From positions 2,368,001 through 2,432,000 of the forward strand of contig CAVTTN010000002.1 of the NCBI GenBank assembly GCA_963737655.1: a DNA stretch of 64,000 nt, written 5' to 3'. Each line of letters begins with the position of its first letter. Positions within the stretch are counted from its first letter, which is position 1. Shown in pieces: positions 40,419 through 50,400 of this stretch. Position numbers and translations under genes: made by a program. This stretch comes from an uncultured Planctomycetota bacterium (lineage in GTDB: Bacteria > Planctomycetota > Planctomycetia > Isosphaerales > Isosphaeraceae). The notes beneath the pieces were generated by a model, which saw only the letters and a program-made list of their open reading frames with translations, had not been told where the DNA came from and did no database searches.

Positions 40419-40807
40419 TCCCCAAAGGGAAGCGGACGGCGGCGATCTGGCGGCTCCGATGCCCCGTCTGCGGCGAGGGCCCGGTCTTCCGCGGCACCTG
40501 GGCGATGAACGAGCGATGCCCCCATTGCGGGCACGTCTTCGGCCGGGGGGAGCCGGGCTATTTCCTCGGGGCGATGTACTTCAGCTACGGGATCGGCGTC
40601 GTCCTGATCGGGGCGTTCGCGGGGATTTTGTACCTGGTTTTCCGCTCGTCGAAGCTCTGGCAACTCGTCCTGGCGGCGTGGGTGATCTTCCTGCCGCTGG
40701 TGCCGATCGTGTATCGTTATTCGCGGGTCCTCTGGCTCCACTTCGACCAGGTGATCGACTCGGACGACGGCGAAGGCCCGACCACGGGCGACACCCGATT
40801 GCCCTGA
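40415..40807 (+). CDS. DUF983-like zinc-ribbon membrane protein
   Basis: CPVC...CPHC, EPGYFLGAMY and two TM helices; GTGA overlap with the upstream gene. Confidence 0.75.
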   Translation: MIPKGKRTAAIWRLRCPVCGEGPVFRGTWAMNERCPHCGHVFGRGEPGYFLGAMYFSYGIGVVLIGAFAGILYLVFRSSKLWQLVLAAWVIFLPLVPIVYRYSRVLWLHFDQVIDSDDGEGPTTGDTRLP

Positions 40808-40815
40808 GGCGACCG

Positions 40816-41547
40816 ATGCCGCTGCTCGACCACTTCCACCCGCCGATCTACCCGGTTCGCCACTGGGAGTCGCTCCACGCCGTTTGGTTGACGTCGATCA
40901 TGGCCCGGCTCAACCAGGGCATCCTGCCGCCGAACTACTTCGCCGAGGCCCAGGTCCACGTGGGCAGTCGGTTCGAAGTGGATGTCGGGTCGTTCGAGGA
41001 GACGACGCAGGAATCTCTGGAGCTTCCGACCGGCGGAGGGACGGCCGTGGCCGTCGAGCCCCGGGTCTGGTTGGCGCCTCCGCCGGTGGGCACCCTCCCG
41101 GCCGTCTTCCCGGACAGCCTCGAAGGGCTGATCTACGCCGACGAGGGCGGGGCCATCCTCGCCGGGGCGATCGAGATGGTCAGCCCCGGCAACAAGGACC
41201 GAGCCGCGACCCGCGAGGCGTTCGTGGCCAAATGCGCGAGCTATCTCCAGCAGGGCGTGGGCGTGGTGATCGTCGATATCGTCACCAGCCGGCTGGCGAA
41301 CCTCCACGAAGAGCTTTCGAACGCGCTGGGCGGCTCGTGCCCTCTGCCCAAGGGTTCGAACCTTTATGCGACCGCCTATCGGCCCGTTCGTCGGCCCGAC
41401 ACCGATCATCACGAGGTCTGGACGTACCCCCTGGCGCTCGGCGAGGCCCTGCCGATCGTCCCGTTGGCTCTCCGACGAGGGCCGATCGTCCCGGTGGACC
41501 TCGAATCGGCGTATCGCGAGGCTTGCCAACGGAGCCGCCTGGGATAA
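40816..41547 (+). CDS. DUF4058-like protein (Uma2/PD-(D/E)XK-like)
   Basis: MPLLDHF...WESLHAVW, AIEMVSPGNK and LPIVPLAL...VDLESAY. Confidence 0.8.
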   Translation: MPLLDHFHPPIYPVRHWESLHAVWLTSIMARLNQGILPPNYFAEAQVHVGSRFEVDVGSFEETTQESLELPTGGGTAVAVEPRVWLAPPPVGTLPAVFPDSLEGLIYADEGGAILAGAIEMVSPGNKDRAATREAFVAKCASYLQQGVGVVIVDIVTSRLANLHEELSNALGGSCPLPKGSNLYATAYRPVRRPDTDHHEVWTYPLALGEALPIVPLALRRGPIVPVDLESAYREACQRSRLG

Positions 41548-41608
41548 AGTCTCCACGCATCGGATGCAGGACCGCCCCCTCCCTCCACGAACGACCGGCG
41601 CCCCTTCG

Positions 41609-43264
41609 ATGATGAACACGCCCCCCGGACTCCGACCGATCGCCGACGTGGCCCGAGACCTCGGGATCGCCCCCGATCACCTCGAACCGTTCGGCCGGGA
41701 CAAGGCCAAGGTCCGCCTGGAGGCGATCGCCGCCGCCTCCGGTCGCCGAGAGGGCGGCAAGCTGATCCTCGTGTCGGCCGTGACGCCCACACCGGCCGGC
41801 GAGGGGAAGACCACGACGTCGATCGGCCTGGCCCAGGGCCTCCAACGGATCGGCAAATCGGCGTGCCTTGCCTTGAGGCAGCCGTCGATGGGTCCGGTCT
41901 TCGGCCGGAAGGGCGGGGCGACCGGCGGAGGGGCGAGCCGTCTGGAGCCGTCCGACACGATCAACCTCCAGTTCACGGGCGATTTCCACGCGATCACCGC
42001 CGCGCATAACCTCCTGGCCGCGGCGATCGACAACCGCCTCCACTTCGGCGATACCGAGCTCGACCCCCGGCACGTCGTCTGGAAGCGCGCCCTGGACATG
42101 AACGATCGCGCCTTGAGAAAGATCGTGATCGGCCTGGGGGGGCCGGGCCAGGGCGTGCCTCGGGAGTCGGGCTTCGACATCACGGCCGCCAGCGAGATCA
42201 TGGCCATTCATGGACTCAGCGAGTCGCCGGGCGACCTCCGGGCGAGGATCGACCGGATCGTGGTCGGCTACGCGAAGGACGGCCGGCCCGTCCTGGCCGA
42301 GGAGATGAAGGTCTCGGGCTCGATGGCGGCGATTTTGAACGAGGCGATCTTGCCGAACCTGGTGCAGTCTCGCGAGGGGACGCCCGCATTCGTCCACGGG
42401 GGGCCGTTCGCGAACATCGCCCACGGCTGCAACTCGGTCCTCGCCACGAGGATGGCCCTGGCCCACGCCGATTATGCCGTCACGGAGGCCGGCTTCGCCT
42501 TCGACCTCGGCGCCGAGAAGTTCTTTGACATCAAGTGCCGAGGCGCGAACCTGAACCCGGCCGCCATCGTGATCGTGGCGACGGTTCGGGCCTTGAAGAT
42601 GCACGGCGGGACGGCCCTGGAAGACCTGACGACGCCGGATGCGTCGGCCGTGGAAAAGGGGCTGGAGAACCTGGCCGCGCATCTCGACGCCGCCAAGCAC
42701 TTCGACAAGCCCACGCTGGTGGCGATCAACCGTCGAGGCGAGGACACCGACGCCGAGCTCGCCGCGATCCACGCCTTCTGCCAGGCCCGAAACGTCCCCT
42801 CGGCCACGGCCGATGTTTACGGGCAAGGAGGCGCGGGGGCGATCGAGCTCGCCGAGAAGGTCGTCGAGGCCACCGAAGGCCCGATTTCGCCCTTCCGCCC
42901 GCTCTACTCGCTCGATCTGACGGCCGAGAAGAAGATCGAGGCGATCGCGAAGGGGATGTACGGGGCCGACGGGGTGGCGATCCTCCCGACGGCCCAGACG
43001 AAGCTCCGCAAGGCGAGGAAGATCGGCCTGGGCGGCTTGCCGATCTGCATGGCCAAGACCCAGGACTCGCTGTCGGACAACCCCAAGCTCCGGGGCCGGC
43101 CCAGGGGCTTCACGCTCACGGTCCGCGACGTGGAGATCGCCGCCGGGGCCGGATTCCTCGTGGCGTTGACCGGAGAGATCGTGCGGATGCCCGGGCTCCC
43201 CGAGCGACCGGCCGCCGAACGGATCTCGGTCGATGACTCGGGGACGATTCGAGGGTTGAGCTGA
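41609..43264 (+). CDS. fhs: Formate-tetrahydrofolate ligase
   Basis: TPTPAGEGKTT, LRQPSMGP, KGGATGGG, HGGPFANIAHG, TEAGF and MPGL. Confidence 0.97.
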   Translation: MMNTPPGLRPIADVARDLGIAPDHLEPFGRDKAKVRLEAIAAASGRREGGKLILVSAVTPTPAGEGKTTTSIGLAQGLQRIGKSACLALRQPSMGPVFGRKGGATGGGASRLEPSDTINLQFTGDFHAITAAHNLLAAAIDNRLHFGDTELDPRHVVWKRALDMNDRALRKIVIGLGGPGQGVPRESGFDITAASEIMAIHGLSESPGDLRARIDRIVVGYAKDGRPVLAEEMKVSGSMAAILNEAILPNLVQSREGTPAFVHGGPFANIAHGCNSVLATRMALAHADYAVTEAGFAFDLGAEKFFDIKCRGANLNPAAIVIVATVRALKMHGGTALEDLTTPDASAVEKGLENLAAHLDAAKHFDKPTLVAINRRGEDTDAELAAIHAFCQARNVPSATADVYGQGGAGAIELAEKVVEATEGPISPFRPLYSLDLTAEKKIEAIAKGMYGADGVAILPTAQTKLRKARKIGLGGLPICMAKTQDSLSDNPKLRGRPRGFTLTVRDVEIAAGAGFLVALTGEIVRMPGLPERPAAERISVDDSGTIRGLS

Positions 43265-43441
43265 CGTCGAAGGGCCGAACGCCGCAATCCGCTTGAGGGT
43301 CTTGAAGGGCTTGTCGGTGGTCGAGCGATCGAACCACCGGGTCGCCTCGGACGTACTCGATCGAAGGGGGCTGGGGGCGGGACGTCGGTCAAGGTTCCCG
43401 CGATGGCCCCCCCTGCCCTTCTTCGCCGAGGACCACCGATC

Positions 43442-44353
43442 ATGAGACCCTCGCGACCGGCCGCCGCATCCCGAGGCATCACCCTGGTCGAGGTGGCCGT
43501 GGTGATGGGAGTCGTGCTGGTCCTTCTCCTGCTCGTGGCCATGGTCCTTCCCCGAGGCCGCGAGACGGCACGGTTGGTGGGCTGCAAGAAGAACCTGATG
43601 GAGATCGGCCAGGCCGTCGCCTATTACGACGGTGCCCAGGGGCATTTGCCGACCGTTCCCGCAATCGGCCAGGCGGGCGAGGCCCCGTTGCCGGCGATGC
43701 TGGGCTTGCTGGGACTGGGCGACTTCGGGCCGTTGAACGACCCGAAGCGGAAGGGGTTCGGGCGCCCGTCCGAGGCCCCTCCCGAACATTACATCTCGGC
43801 CTTCACCTGCCCGAGCGACCGCAGCGCCACCCGGGGCCGGTTCCCCGCGCCGGTCAGCTATCGGGCGAACGCCGGAGCGGACGCGGGCGGGGTGGACGGG
43901 CCGTTTGCTCCGGGGAAGGTCGTGAGCCTGAAGCAGGTCGAAGCGGCCGACGGCCAGGACTTCACCGCCGGGTTCGCCGAACGGCTCGTCGGCTCCGAAT
44001 CGGGCGAGCCCGACCCGATTCGCGATTACCGGCTCGCCCGAGGCCCGGTGGGCGACGACGGCTGCCCCGACGATTCGGATTCCGCCTGGGGCCTGGACGC
44101 CGGGTCCTCCTGGGCGCGGGTCGGCTGGGCGTGGTCCGTGTACAATCACACGCTCCGGCCCAACGGCTCCCCTTCGTGCGTGGCCAGGGACGGCAAGACC
44201 GCCCGGATCGGGGCCTCCAGCGAGCACGAAGGGACGATCCACGTCCTGATGCTCGGCGGGTCGGTCCGGGCGTTCTCGCCGACCGTCGATCCCGGGGTCT
44301 GGCGGAAGTTTGGCGCGATCGACGACTCCGGAAGGCTCAAGGCTTCGCCTTGA
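43442..44353 (+). CDS. Divergent DUF1559-like prepilin protein
   Basis: GITLVEV leader, C..NL..IG.A, CPSD, DG...T....E and SSEHEGTIHVLMLGGSV. Confidence 0.8.
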   Translation: MRPSRPAAASRGITLVEVAVVMGVVLVLLLLVAMVLPRGRETARLVGCKKNLMEIGQAVAYYDGAQGHLPTVPAIGQAGEAPLPAMLGLLGLGDFGPLNDPKRKGFGRPSEAPPEHYISAFTCPSDRSATRGRFPAPVSYRANAGADAGGVDGPFAPGKVVSLKQVEAADGQDFTAGFAERLVGSESGEPDPIRDYRLARGPVGDDGCPDDSDSAWGLDAGSSWARVGWAWSVYNHTLRPNGSPSCVARDGKTARIGASSEHEGTIHVLMLGGSVRAFSPTVDPGVWRKFGAIDDSGRLKASP

Positions 44354-44816
44354 CCGCGGCCGGCTTCGGCATCCGGACGAGTTCCACGGCCTCGATGTTG
44401 CGGACCCAGCGGACGCGCATCGGGTCGCCCGGGATCAGGAGCTTGACCGGCCCCTGGTCCTTGTCCAGAGGCTTGCCGTTGCGTTCGAGGGCGAGAACGT
44501 ACCGCTCCCCCGAGTCGTCCATCGCCACGGAGGCGGCCGAGACGGCGGCCTGGTAGCCGTCGGTCCCCCGGATGATCAGGACGGCGTCGGACAGGGCGCG
44601 GAGGTCGCTCATGGCGGGCTTCGGCCCCTTCCACTGGTCCTCCAGGAGCGTGCGGAGCGGGACTCCTCGATACGAGGCCTCGCCGTCTCGCTCCTGGACC
44701 TTGATCTCGACTTTCTTCTCGATCTTCGCGAGGGCGGCGGGGTCGAACTTCAAGGGTTCGACCTGCGCGGGGGCGTCGGCCGAGAGCAGGGCCAGGGTCA
44801 TCGCGAAGGCGATCAT
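44337..44816 (-). CDS. Exported molybdopterin-oxidoreductase-like single-domain protein
   Basis: YRGVPLRTLL, DGY, LALERNGKPL...GPVKLLIPG...WVR pattern; no Moco Cys visible. Confidence 0.7.
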   Translation of the reverse strand: MIAFAMTLALLSADAPAQVEPLKFDPAALAKIEKKVEIKVQERDGEASYRGVPLRTLLEDQWKGPKPAMSDLRALSDAVLIIRGTDGYQAAVSAASVAMDDSGERYVLALERNGKPLDKDQGPVKLLIPGDPMRVRWVRNIEAVELVRMPKPAAVKAKP

Positions 44817-44927
44817 CAGCGGTTCCTTTCGCAGGGAGACAACGGGGTGGACAGGGGGATTGGGCTCGGCCTACGATCGTAGCCGCTCCGGCCCGAGGGC
44901 GGGGAGTGCCTCGGAGTGCTGAGCGTG

Positions 44928-44949
44928 GTTGGTGCGTTTCATGCACCCT
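44928..44949. repeat. Palindromic motif GGTGCRT-TTC-ATGCACC (copy 1)
   Basis: 21/22 identical to 59360-59381. Confidence 0.7.
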
Positions 44950-44972
44950 CGATTGGTTCCCTGGAGGCGGGG

Positions 44973-45629
44973 ATGGGACGACGACCGGCGTTGATCTTTG
45001 ATTTTGGGAATGTGATTGCCCATTTCGATTTCTCGATCGCCGGGGCCCGACTGGGCGAGCCTCTGGGCATGGCGGGATCGGCGTTCATTGAGCATGTTCG
45101 TGCGCTGGGACTTGCTCAAGTCCTCCGAAAGTTGGAGAGCGGCCAGATCACGGGGGAGGTCTTCAGTCGCGCGGTCCTGGATATGGCCGGGCTGGACCTT
45201 TCTCACGAGCAGTTTGTTGCCGCCTGGGTGGATATCTTCTCGTTGAACGAGCCGGTGGCCCGCTTGATCCGGGGGTTGAAGGCGAAGGGGTACCCGTTGG
45301 TGCTCGGGTCGAACACCAATGACCTCCACTTCACGTTCTTCCGGGAGAAGTTCGCCGAGGCCCTGTCGCCGTTCGATCGCCTGGTGGTTTCGTTCGAGGT
45401 CGGCCACGTCAAGCCCGCGAGGGAGTTCTACCTCGCCTGCGCCGAGGCTGCCGAGGTTCCTCACGGGGATTGCGTCTTCATCGACGACATGGAGGAAAAC
45501 GTGGAAGGGGCCCGCGCCGCGGGCCTGGGAGCGGTCCACTATCGCGACCTGCCGTCGTTGCGGGCGGATCTCCTGGCACTCGGCGTCGAATTGCCGGACG
45601 ACCACCAAGAATCCTGGGCGGCTCGGTAG
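44973..45629 (+). CDS. HAD family phosphatase (YihX-like)
   Basis: IFDFGNV, SNTN, KP and FIDD motifs. Confidence 0.9.
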   Translation: MGRRPALIFDFGNVIAHFDFSIAGARLGEPLGMAGSAFIEHVRALGLAQVLRKLESGQITGEVFSRAVLDMAGLDLSHEQFVAAWVDIFSLNEPVARLIRGLKAKGYPLVLGSNTNDLHFTFFREKFAEALSPFDRLVVSFEVGHVKPAREFYLACAEAAEVPHGDCVFIDDMEENVEGARAAGLGAVHYRDLPSLRADLLALGVELPDDHQESWAAR

Positions 45630-45647
45630 CCAATCCCTTCGGAGCAT

Positions 45648-45731
45648 CGAAACGAGTAGGTCCGACTTCAGTCGGGCCTCCAAGAATCCCCTTTTTTGTA
45701 GGCCCGACTGAAGTCGGACCTACTCGTTTCG
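45648..45731. repeat. GTAG-type REP doublet (REPIN, family G)
   Basis: Perfect 32-nt inverted arms CGAAACGAGTAGGTCCGACTTCAGTCGGGCCT, each with an internal hairpin, separated by a 20-nt spacer. Confidence 0.9.
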
Positions 45732-45915
45732 TCATTTTCAATGGGGTTTTCTACCGAGCAATCCTGGGCACTTCGGGGCACCGGCTCCTCTCGCGGTCGA
45801 GAGGAGCCGGTCCCCCAATTGTGCCCAGGATTCTTAAGGCCGGGGCGACCGGAGGGGTCGCCCGGGCCGTCGGAGTCGCGATGATTTCGCGGGACGCTTC
45901 GCGCCCGGCTCAGGC

Positions 45916-46710
45916 TCAGCGGAGGATCGGCTGGTAGACGCCGGACATGCTCACGACGTTGCTCGTCTGCGCGACCGCGAGGATTTGATTGATCGGGAGG
46001 AGTCCTTCGACCGTCCCGGTCGTCGCGTCGATGTTCTGGACCTGCATCCCCAGCGCCTCGAGCTGGGCGGCGAAGGCGTTCGGGTCGCCCGAGGACCGGA
46101 GGTCCACGCCCACGGAGCTTCCGACCACTTCCAGGCGGCTGCTGGCCGAGGCGATCGACGAGGAGCCGGTGGACTGGAGGTACAGGCTGGCGAGATCCTG
46201 CCCGGCCTTGGCGAGCGGCCCGTTCTTGAGGTCGGTCAGGTCGCTGGAAGTCGGCACGAAGGATGACCCTGCGGGAGTGGAGGAGGAGGCCGAATCGAGC
46301 GAGGAGGCGGTGGTCGAGGAGGTCAAGACGGTGGTGGCGGCCGGGGTGGTGGAAGTGGTCGTGGCGGCGGTCGTGGTCGGGCTGGTGGTCGGGGTCGTGG
46401 TCGGGGTCGTGCTCGGGCTGGTGGTCGGGGTCGAGGCGGCGGTCGGCCTCAGGGCGGCGAAGTGGGCGGCGTGGGCCTGCTGGCGGGCCGCCGTCAGGGC
46501 GAGCTGGTGAGCGTGGCGGGCCTGGGTGGCCTCCAGGCGATGCTCGCGCTGAGCCAGGGCCTTTTCGTGGGCGCGTTCGACGGCCTGCTGATGGGCCTCG
46601 ACGACCGCCTCATGATGGGCCGCCACCGCGGCGGCCGACGGCATCACGCGCTCATCGAGTCCTTCGAGGCCGGGGCGGAGCTGACGATCGGTGCGGTGGA
46701 GGCGAGTCAT
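45916..46710 (-). CDS. Secreted protein carrying a stand-alone subtilase-propeptide-like domain
   Basis: AAGGAG SD, LRPGLEGLDERVMPS leader, His/Ala helix and Thr/Ser linker. The C-terminal ~110 aa are homologous to the N-terminus of the adjacent giant protein (KNGPLAKAGQDL identical). Confidence 0.85.
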   Translation of the reverse strand: MTRLHRTDRQLRPGLEGLDERVMPSAAAVAAHHEAVVEAHQQAVERAHEKALAQREHRLEATQARHAHQLALTAARQQAHAAHFAALRPTAASTPTTSPSTTPTTTPTTSPTTTAATTTSTTPAATTVLTSSTTASSLDSASSSTPAGSSFVPTSSDLTDLKNGPLAKAGQDLASLYLQSTGSSSIASASSRLEVVGSSVGVDLRSSGDPNAFAAQLEALGMQVQNIDATTGTVEGLLPINQILAVAQTSNVVSMSGVYQPILR

Positions 46711-47451
46711 CGGGCCACTCCTTGTCGCAGAACAGGACGGTGAGGCCGAGAAGTTTCCTCGGGCGAGGTCCCGCGCCGGGGACACAATCCCTCAAGGGCG
46801 CGAACATCGTTAGATGCGAGAGCATAAGGCAATCGGCGTGCCAAGATTCCCGGGGCTTGCCGGGGTCGGTCCGTCCGTGAGATCGTGGTCGGGGGCCGGC
46901 CGGCCCGCCCGATGGGTTCGTCCCAGGCGGCAGGGATCGCGCAACCGGAGGGTCCACCGAGGTTTTCCCGGGCAGGCCGGTTGACATCGCCGCCCCAGGG
47001 GCGAAATTGGACTCGATGCACGGATCGCGCCCCGCGCCGAAAGGGAATTCGCCGACCCACCTCGCTGCCCTTCCCGCTCCGTCTCGAATTTCCCTTCGGA
47101 TTCCGCTTGACTGCGACCTGACCGCCCGTAATGATTGAGTGCATGCATGGAGCCAATCATCCTTGGTATCCATTCCCGGGCCGTTCCCGTCGTCGTACTC
47201 GTCCCTGAGAGGGAGGGGCGTCGAGGGGCCAGTCCGGGCCTGGGCCGGAGGTCGATGGCCGACGATCGCGATGCCCCGGGGTCGGGGCGGCCTCTCGGCG
47301 GAGGTCTGTCGAGGTCAGGTCGAGCACGATGAGGCGCCGATTCGGGATGGCTTGATTTTTCGAGAGAGAAGAGATCACCCTCGTCCTTCTGAGATGGCCC
47401 CGGCCCCCGCCGGGGCGGGCCTCGGGGCGGGGCTAACCGGGGAGCCTGTCG

Positions 47452-50400
47452 ATGGGCAGCTTCAATGACAAGGGACGGGACCGCCGCTCGCCTCGGCGAC
47501 GAGGCCCGAACGATCGCGATCGACGGCGGCAGGCCCTCCCCATCCTCGAGCCGCTCGAGAACCGCCGGTTGCTGGCGGCTCCGGGCTACGGTCCGCCGAC
47601 GTGGGTGCCCACCACCACCAACATCGCCGACGTCAAGAACGGGCCCCTGGCCAAGGCCGGGCAGGACCTGATCTCGCTGTATCAGGAGTATCAGACCTAC
47701 CTGGCCAACGACGGCGTGGCCGGTCAGTTCCACTCCAAGCAGGCCGGGCGCCTGGAGATCCAGGGCACCAACGTCGGCGTGGACGTGAACGTCTACGGCG
47801 ACCTGAACGCCTACGCCCTGGCGGCGGCCCGCCTGGGGATGAAGATCGGCGCCATCGACACGGCGACCGGGATCGTCGAGGGCGTCGTCCCGATCGCGCA
47901 GCTGCCGGCCCTGGTGAACGTGGCCGGGACCGTCGGCGTGGCGCCGATCTACATGCCGTTCACGCACTCCGTCGGCTCGGCGACCGACCAGGGCGAGGCG
48001 GTCATGCAGGCCAACACGGCCAAGACGACCTACGGGGTCGACGGCACGGGCCAGACCGTCGGCGTCCTGTCGGACTCGGTCAGCCAGGTCGGCGGAGGGA
48101 TCGCCGACTCGGTGAAGACCGGCGACCTGCCGGCGGGCGTGACGGTCCTCCAGGACGGCCCGGCCGGCTCGACCGACGAAGGCCGGGCGATGCTGGAGGA
48201 GGTCCACGACATCGCCCCGGGGGCCAAGCTCCAGTTCACCACGGCCGACGGCGGCGAGGTCGCCTTCGCCAACGGCATCCGCTCGCTGGCCTCGGCCGGC
48301 TCGACGATCATCGCCGACGACATCGGCTATCCCACCGAGCCGTTCTTCCAGGACGGCGTGGTCTCCCAGGCCGTGGACCAGGTGGCCGCGCAGAACATCA
48401 CCTACCTGAGCGCCGCGGGCAACACGGCCGACAGCGGCTACCAGTCGGTGTTCCGGGGGGCCAACGGCACGGTCACCGGCGTCGGCTCGGGCCGGTTCAT
48501 GAACTTCGATCCCAACGGCGGGACGGCGTTGACCATCGGGATCAACGTCTACCGGCCCAGCCAGATCACGTTCATGTACGACAACCCGTTCTACACCACC
48601 AACGGGGTGACCTCGGACCTGGACATCTACGTCCTGGACGCGAACAACAACGTGGTGGCGTCGGGGACGACCAATAACATCGCCACGCAGACCCCCTTCG
48701 AGATCCTCCAGCCGGTGCAGCCGGGCCTGTACAAGGTGGCGATCAAGGTCAACGCGGGCAGCCCGGACGTCGGCCGCGTGGCCTTCTACGAGCCGGGGGA
48801 CGGCGGGTTCTCGGTGGACCACCAGTACGGCTTCGCCGGGGGGACGAACTACCCGACGACCAACGGCCACCCGACGGCGAACGGGGCCCTGGGGATCGGG
48901 GCGGTCCCCTGGTTCAACGCGCCCCCGTTCGACACCCTGCCGAGCTACTCCAACGAGCCGTTCAGCTCGTTCGGTCCTTCCGAGATCGTCTTCAGCCCGA
49001 CCGGGGCGCCCCTGGGGACGACCCAGGTCCGGCAGAAGCCCGACGTCTCCGGCCCCGACGGGATCGACACCAGCTTCTTCCCGGTCCCGGCGGCCCAGAA
49101 CACGCTCTCGACGCTGAATCCGCCGTTCCCGCAGTCCTCGGCGCCTCCGTACCCCGGGGAGCCGGCGACGGTCACCGGCGAGCAGGCCACGACGACGGAG
49201 CTGGACGGCAACGCGCTGCCGAACTTCTTCGGCACCTCCGCCGCGACGCCCAACGTCGCGGGGGTCGTGGCCCTGATGAGGCAGTTCTCGCCCTCCACGA
49301 CCAACGCGGACATCTCCTCGGCCCTGAAGTCCACGACGATCCCCCTGGACGGCACCCCGGCCGGGTCGTGGGGGGCGCAGTCCGGCTACGGGCTGGTCCA
49401 GGCGACCCGGGCGATCGCCGCTTTGGACACCTTCCACGTCACGGCGACCGACCCGCCGAACCTCTACGCCGAGACCTCGGCCCCCAGCCAGATCGTCTTC
49501 GCCTTCAACGGCGCCGTGGACCCCGGGACGCTCCAGCCGGGCGACCTGACCTTCCTCGGCACCCCGGCCGGGGTGACCGTCACGGTCGGCCAGCCCTACC
49601 TCGACCCGGCCAACAACAACGTCGTCCACTTCCCCCTGACCTACAACATCGCCGCCGGCGCCAAGGCCAACGGCGGCTACTACTACCAGCTCAACGCCAA
49701 GTCGATCACCTCGGCCGCGAACAAGTCCGTCGCCCTGTATAGCGGGGCCTTCGGGATCGCCGACACGATCGCGCCGAAGGTCACCAACGTCACGATCAAC
49801 GGCCGGTACATCAACATCCAGTTCAGCGAGGCGATGAACCCGGCGACGATCAACAAGACCGACATCTACCTGGAGAGGACCGGTTCCTCGGGCGTCTTCG
49901 GCAGCCCGACGAACGTGAACCTGAACCTCGACCCCCGGGCGATCGTCGCCTACAACGCGGCCACGAACACCGCGGTCCTGGACCTCAGCCAGCTCGACCA
50001 GTCCGAGCTGCCGACGGACCATTACGCCCTGATCGTCACCGACGCGACGACCGACGTGGTGGGCAACCGGCTCGACGGCGAGTTCTCCGGCCTGTTCCCC
50101 TCGGGCAACGGCGTGGAGGGCGGGAACTTCGTCGATGACCTGGGCGTCCGCACGCTGACTCCCCCCCAGATCCTCAGCCTCCAGCTCGCCCCGGCGTACG
50201 ACAGCGGGATCAAGGGGGACCAGAACACCAACAACCAGCTCCCGGCGTTCGTCGGCCAGGTCCAGGCGAACTTCCCCGGGACGGCCGGCGGCCTGACCGT
50301 CGTGGCCGAGTTCAACGCGCTCCACCAGGGGACCTTCGACCTGGCCCAGGGGGCCGGCGGCCGGGGGTTCACCGGCAACTTCGACGTCCAGGTGACGACC

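Noticed and set aside
36273..44242. Long minus-strand ORFs (1372 aa, 986 aa) and similar overlapping ORFs throughout the window
   Set aside because: Shadows of well-supported genes on the opposite strand (POT transporter, S9 peptidase, fhs), as expected at this GC content.
46320..46445. GTGGTCGGG-type tandem repeats here and at about 57880-58030
   Set aside because: Explained by coding for Thr/Ser/Gly-rich linkers.
46711..47451. Riboswitch in the long divergent intergenic region (imperfect inverted repeat at 47037-47099)
   Set aside because: No recognisable aptamer consensus by eye; an Rfam scan would be needed.
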